From NCBI RefSeq assembly GCF_009914755.1, contig NC_060939.1: 64,000 bases of DNA; one strand, given 5' to 3'. This document shows positions 58,501 through 64,000 of this stretch, in pieces (within the stretch, counting starts at the first letter, position 1; each line of letters starts with the position of its first letter). Origin of the DNA: the human T2T-CHM13v2.0 reference genome, Homo sapiens. Under the pieces are notes generated by a model that searched no databases, had not been told where the DNA came from, and was given only the letters and a program-made list of their open reading frames with translations. Made by a program: the position numbers and the translations under genes.

Positions 58501-59679
58501 AGTTATTATAATTGTCCTGCTTTGTTCATAGCACCTGCTGCCACATGTTAATTATGAAATGCTCAAGCACTTTCTTGGAATAACTTTAGAGATAAAGCTG
58601 ATGGGGTTTTTAATGAACCAAGATTATCTTTAGTTCAGAGCTGGTCAGAAGAGCTAGGCTTTTTCAACCCTGTATTGTTCATTAAGTGGGAGCAGGCATT
58701 TAGCATTTTTAGAGCTGAGGCTCAAATAATTAGAGACAGGGTTGGAAGGCACCCACACACAAGTTAGATGATGAGCCCTACTAAATGAGATGGGTGATAT
58801 CAGAATCATAAACGCCTAGATCCTTACTGCCACAGGATTCTGCTTATTGAGGCTATCTGAATATATATTAAATAGGTATCATTCCTGCTCTCCCTCCTGG
58901 TGCTTATAGTCTATCTTTGAGGTTTGGATATGCCCAAGGGTATTTTAGGAGAAGGAACTGACCTCTCCTGGGTATAGGTGGGATGGGTAGGAGCTATTCA
59001 TGGAAATGGCCTCCCACTCTGAGAGAGGCCTTTGGCCAAACAAGAGGAGTTACCACACCTAAACCAGGATAGCCTGTTGCATGCTACTTCATTTGCCTAG
59101 TTCTGTTTAGTTATTTTTTCTGGCTAGTAAGATCTTCCTTTAGAGTGCCAGCCTGGTCTATGCTGGGGGAGTCAAGACAGGAGCTGGGAATGAATTCACA
59201 TTAAAAAAGGGCATGTTGTCCCCATGGCCAGCCTGGTTTTGGCAGCACAGTGAATTCTTGCTTGATATCCAAAAGAAGGATGAAATTTAAGGAGCAGGAA
59301 CCAACTGGAGAAATTCTATGGCCCCTTCCTCTATGGTGGGTCTCTTTGCACAGACATTTCTGTAGGACCTGGGCTTAATTTTATTGAAGACACCCTGGGA
59401 GGCATCATTATCACCACCTCTGGTTCTTAGCCCAAGAGGAACCCTTCACTCAGGAATGAATTGGAGCTCCCGCTTGTAACAGTGACTGGCTTTCCTGAGA
59501 CATTGCTTCCCCAGTAGGAAGTCCCTTTAATCCTGAGCACCTCACTCAGAAACCAGCCGTGTAGGAAGTGAGATTTAATCTTCAAGCTCCATCTTTTCTC
59601 GTTGTGAATTCCATAAAAAGCCTTGTTTTCAAGGGCATGTTTTCCAGGAAATAAGGCATTTTGATAGAGTTGTAAAACA

Positions 59680-59870
59680 TGGGCTTGTCATCAGACTTGG
59701 ATTGGAAATCTCGATTTTCTGAATTTTGGAAAGTGGCTTAAACTGTCTAAGCTTCGGGTTCCTTATCTGTAAATAGGGATAATATTCCCACCTTCCTAAG
59801 GTTGTGGTGAGGATTAATGAGGTAAGGTATGTTTTCCTAACACAGCGTAAAGAGAGGGTGCTTGTTAAAT
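59680..59870 (+). mobile_element. MIR
   Basis: 'gttccttatctgtaaatagggataata', 'ggttgtggtgaggattaa'. Confidence 0.75.
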
Positions 59871-60215
59871 ACTCATACCCATAATCTTTCACTCCATCCT
59901 CCTTGTTCATTGCAAGCTGAAATGTAATTGCCCATTTTATACAATGCCATTTTAATACCCAGGGTAACCCGAAAGCCTTTCGAATGGTGAAACTCAAATG
60001 GATAGGCAAGCTACTGAAATGTAATGTCAAGAGTTATAGCTCAGGTGTAGGTTTTGGAGTCACTCTTATCTGCACTCACATTTGGGCTTTCTCTCAGAGT
60101 AGCTAGGTAGACTTCTAAAGGTATTGACTGTTGGGCAACCTAGTTAAGCCTCAGTTTCATCATCTGTAAAATGAAATACCTGTAGTATTTTCACATATGA
60201 CTATGGTAAAGCTTA

Positions 60216-60548
<333 letters not shown>

Positions 60549-62451
60549 CTAGGCACACAGTAGATGCTCAATAAAATATTAGTCCTCTACCTTCCTTTTA
60601 TTTCACACGGGAATACTATAGCTAGCATTTAACTCCAAAGTGGCACTGGTCAAAGGGAAGGATATAGCCTTTCCCATCTGTAGTTTCAGAAAATACCAGA
60701 GGGGAGGAAATAGCAAGCATTACAAAACATCCTGCTTCAGCCTAAAGCTCTCAGGAAAAAACCTTATCTATATTTAGTACAACAAGTTAGAGACAGCTTT
60801 CAGCAAAGACTAAAGCACTATCTCATTCATTTTATTCAAATGAATCCAAATGTATCTAATTTTTGCTTTGGCAAATGAATTTCCTTCTATCCCTCACCTA
60901 TTTCTTTATTCCTAGCTTGTCTACTAAAGATAGACCCATGAAGGATGCCTAACAGGGTCCCATGACAGTAGTGTAAAAGGTTTAGAGGAAGTTACAGGGG
61001 AGAAGTGTCCTGTCTTAATGACTGAAACTCTGTTTCCGGGTTGAAATAAATCCCAACTCATCTTGGAGTGAAAGGCTCTTCCAGAGGCCCCAAATGATTC
61101 CTTAGAACTTTGAGCTGTGCTTGATTCATTTTTTCTTGTATTCCTCCTCTTTCTCTCCTACACGGCTTATACTAAAGAACCACACCCACTCATGCCGTGG
61201 GTGGACAGGAACAAGCCATCAAACGCAGGAGTGAACGGAGTGGGTTTGGAAGCCTGACGGCCCTGGCTCTCATGCCTGCTCTACCCCTCGGTAATTTGAA
61301 CATCTGTCTCCTCCTCTGAGAAACCCAGAGGTCAGTCATTGTGGAGGTGACCCCACTTCAGAGGATTCAGCAATCAGTGGGTCCCTTGACTTTCTGCAGG
61401 CCACCGAAATAATGCTCTTCCTGTCTGACTAGATTTTATCTGTGAGGTGGAGGAGCAAATTCATGGTAAGGGAAAAATGGGTCAGAGGGTCTGAAGATGA
61501 CAAGACCACATTTTCCATCTTACCCTAACTGTTGTCTTCCTCAGCTGTGCTGATAGCACTCGTCTGAGCTCTGCTGTGTGAATCTCCAGTGATTTGGCCA
61601 AGTCACTGTGTGTCCTCCTTTCTGATCTCAGTTGAGCACTCGGTCTTGATCCTTGACTTCCTGTTTTTCCCTCAGAGCAGGAGACTGAATCCTGCCAGGC
61701 TGAGGCAGTCCTGTGAGAAGCAGTGCTCTTGTGTAGGATGATTGTGGAAGCTTGAACTGGGACTTTCAGGGCTATGAGCCGTCCTGTGAACAAACAGAAG
61801 ACTTCAGTTTCCATGGCCGCCAGTCTAGCATTATCCCCTCTTGCCATATTCCTTCACAGCATTTATAAACATGCAATTTGGTATTTCCTGCCTCTCATCT
61901 GTTTCCGGCTTCTTCCTCTCCATCCTTTCTTCCAAAGGGATTTGCATAAAGGCAGTCTATCAATACTGTTCTTAAAGGAAGTGTCCACAAAACACTTTGA
62001 ATCAACCTAGTTTCTAGCTCATCTGTTTCCATAGCAACCAATCATGATGTCACAAACAGAGGGGGATGACTTGAGGTGGGAATTAGGTGGCAAGAGAGCA
62101 GATGGGCTTTTGTAAAGAAAGAAAAGGAAAACAATATCCTATCCGCACAGAGATTTCCTTGGTAATAAAGAGCAAGGGAGAGATAAATAAAGAAGCAATG
62201 AGAGAAAGGAAGAATCCTTTCCAAACAGCACTGGAGAAATTAGGAGTGAAAATTAGCAACACTTGCGAGCAATGTTTGTTTCCTTTCAGGCAGTATGAAT
62301 GATGAATCGGCACCACTCCCTTGGGGTGATGAACACCATGCACAATGAGGAAATAAAACTTTGAGAGGCGAAAGAATTTGCCAGGGCTGTGAAGCAAGTC
62401 ACAGACTAGCTTTGGGAGGAGGATTGAGTCGATATTAATGATGAAATAGAG

Positions 62452-62655
62452 CAGGGATTGACAAACTTTTTCTGTAAAGGGCCAGATAGTAAATATTTTA
62501 GACTTTTTGTGCCAGAAGATCTCTTTTTCAACTACTGAGCTCTGACTTTGTCACACAAAAGCAGACATAGACAATAAATAAACAAATGGGTATAGTTGTG
62601 TTCCAATAAAGATTTATTTATAAAATAGGAATGGGCCAGATGTGGCCCATGAAAT
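62452..62655 (+). mobile_element. MER58A-like element
   Basis: 'caggg.ttg.caaactttttctgtaaagggccagatagtaaatattttag'. Confidence 0.85.
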
Positions 62656-64000
62656 TCTTGAAGTGGAAGACTATAGAATATAAGTTTCATATTTAAATGG
62701 AAAGGTCCTTGATAGTTGTATGGACACCAGATGCACTCCTGAGACTTCTGGACCAAGTATTATAGTGTCATGAGTAAAAAGAATAGGTGGGTACTGAGTC
62801 CAAGCTTCTTCATTTATTCAACAAACTTGATTGTGAATCTGCTTCATGAAATATTCTGGGCATTGGGAATACAGCAGTGCATGAATGTCTGTCATCAAAA
62901 GTTTTATGTCCTAATTAGCTGGACAGCTTGGGCAAACCATTTACCCAAAGTCAGCCCCAGCTTTCTCTTGTGGGGATGTAATTTTTTAAAATCATGAGTC
63001 ATATTACATATACAAAACAATTTATGTAGAACATAAACATAAAATAAATACCTATTTGCCCACTATCCATGTTAACATAAAGTAGAACATTGCCACTAGT
63101 GTGTCTCTCCCAGGTCTCATTATCCTTCTCTTCTCTTCAGAATATTTTGTTATTTTCTTTTCTGTCTGTTTTTTGATTTAATCATATAAATATTTCATAA
63201 AAAAAACTTAATTTTGCCTCTGATGTTTTAAATTATTTGAGCCATAATGTAGTACTATCCTTTGACATATATCTTTTACTCAATGTTTTTTTTTTTCCCA
63301 TTCATCCACACAGACGTGTGTAGCTATTAATAAAGCCTGGGTCCAAAGACCACTAGAGCCAGATGTGTAGTCAAACAATGTTAGAGTTATTAACTGGCTG
63401 CAGCAATAGAGAATAGAGAATCACTGAGCCTTTCAAAGGGGAGTTATGGGAGGGTATTTATAAGATTTGAAGGGTAGAGTTGATCATAGATTTTTTTTTT
63501 TTTTTTTTTTTTTTTGGCAGGGATTGGTCAGGATTTGTAAGCCAGAGAGTTGCTGGAATTGTCAATGGGTTTATCTTTAGAATGCATGAATCCATGTAAA
63601 GGTCTGTTTGTGGTTTTCTGTTAGGATATATGGATCTGAATGAAGTGTTATTATTATATGGTCTGTGATGTACATTGTAGCTGAGTTGGCCATAGTTTAT
63701 TTTTCTTGTGAGTCTGGGTGAATTTTATATATGTTGATTAAATGATCAGTTTTCCCCGTACAGTCTTGCTACCAGCAAGGACATTAAAACAAACAACAAA
63801 GAAACAATTTAACTTTACCACTATAGTTTTTCTTCATTGCTATATAATATTCCATTATATGAACAGACTGACATTTACTTATCCAATCTACTTTTGATAA
63901 CATCCGAGTTGTTCCTGAATATTTGCTGTTACAAGGGATGCTGCTATGATGTGGTTCAAAGTCTCTCCTAACCGAGTATATACTTAGAAGGGAATCATAG

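Overview
Primate (human-like) genomic DNA lying entirely inside AGBL1 (cytosolic carboxypeptidase 4, CCP4; Nna1/M14D tubulin deglutamylase family) on the + strand. Ten consecutive GT-AG coding exons (1607-40194; by my recollection exons 8-17 of the reference transcript, numbering not verifiable here) splice into one open frame. They encode the acidic linker, a 581-nt exon and the CCP N-domain motifs FESGNL, QWFYF and YPYTY. The next exon, with the zinc-binding RVHPGE motif, is not in the window, so 40195-64000 is the start of a long intron. The rest is intronic sequence rich in Alu, L1, L2, MIR, MaLR LTR and DNA-transposon fossils; most ORFs in the supplied track are noise from these. Best leads: (1) a 21-bp minisatellite at 41120-41350, preceded by an AG that would splice in frame onto the last exon and give a truncated, catalytically dead CCP4 with a very acidic (EDTAFxx)n tail; (2) splice signals outlining an antisense transcript that ends next to it; (3) a twin-primed L1PA that reused the target site of an older AluJ; (4) inverted Alu pairs around the exon blocks, including a frame-preserving 234-nt circle candidate; (5) a homeodomain-motif-dense candidate enhancer. 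All are hypotheses from sequence alone; no new biological system is demonstrated. Repeat subfamily names and boundaries are by-eye recognitions.
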